From contig CM119263.1 in NCBI GenBank assembly GCA_051294375.1, forward strand, positions 765,756 to 829,755: a stretch of DNA of 64,000 bases, written 5' to 3'. Below, piece after piece: positions 63,872 through 64,000 of the stretch (positions within the stretch are counted from its first letter, which is position 1; every line of letters starts with the position of its first letter). The position numbers were made by a program, and so were the translations under genes. The stretch is from Paraspadella gotoi (lineage: Eukaryota > Animalia > Chaetognatha). The notes below the pieces were generated by a model, which saw only the letters and a program-made list of their open reading frames with translations, was not told where the DNA came from and did not search any database.

Positions 63872-64000
63872 TTGAGAAGAATTTACGTTGGCGTCGATAT
63901 CGTCATTGTCGTCGTCTTCTTCACCGTCGTCGTCGTCGTCGTCGTCGTCGTTCTTTTCTCTTTTCTCTTATGGTTTTCGCTGGATTTCTCTTCTTGAACT

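Larger units (their letters stand above)
38487..63900. other. Mostly noisy redundant direct and inverted copies of the 20.8-33.7 kb sequence around N gaps (38387-38486, 47825-47849, 51521-51545, 59166-59190)
   Basis: 38487-39410 = 23306-24275; ~39530-42960 = inverted 24860-28950; 48290-50910 = 20790-23290; 53040-56500 = 28700-31870; 59190-62160 inverted; 62220-63900 = 32040-33700. Differences are indel-rich. I could not match ~43000-47200 to anything else. Confidence 0.75.

Overview
Eukaryotic (animal) genomic DNA, AT-rich and microsatellite-rich, from a gap-filled long-read assembly with heavy redundancy. The only well-supported protein-coding gene is the 5' half of a minus-strand NR1H/ecdysone-receptor-like nuclear receptor: a long A/B region, a C4 zinc-finger DBD and the start of the hinge, in five phase-compatible exons. 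It appears twice, almost certainly through an assembly duplication. The main discovery lies in its introns: three sequence-distinct families of small non-coding repeats, each carrying a type-P5 twister ribozyme with covarying stems and pseudoknots and a palindromic remnant in place of P1. Families A and B are miniature LTR elements (TRIM-like) with 234/267-bp LTRs, a tRNA-Trp primer-binding site, a purine tract, a 4-bp ATAY TSD and a tRNA-like A/B-box module inside each LTR. They are candidate animal twister LTR-retrozymes. A Penelope-type minimal hammerhead core in an inverted repeat is also present. Beyond ~20.6 kb the window is mostly simple repeats, and from ~38.5 kb mostly noisy direct and inverted re-copies of 20.8-33.7 kb. 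All structures were read by eye; no folding or database search was run.
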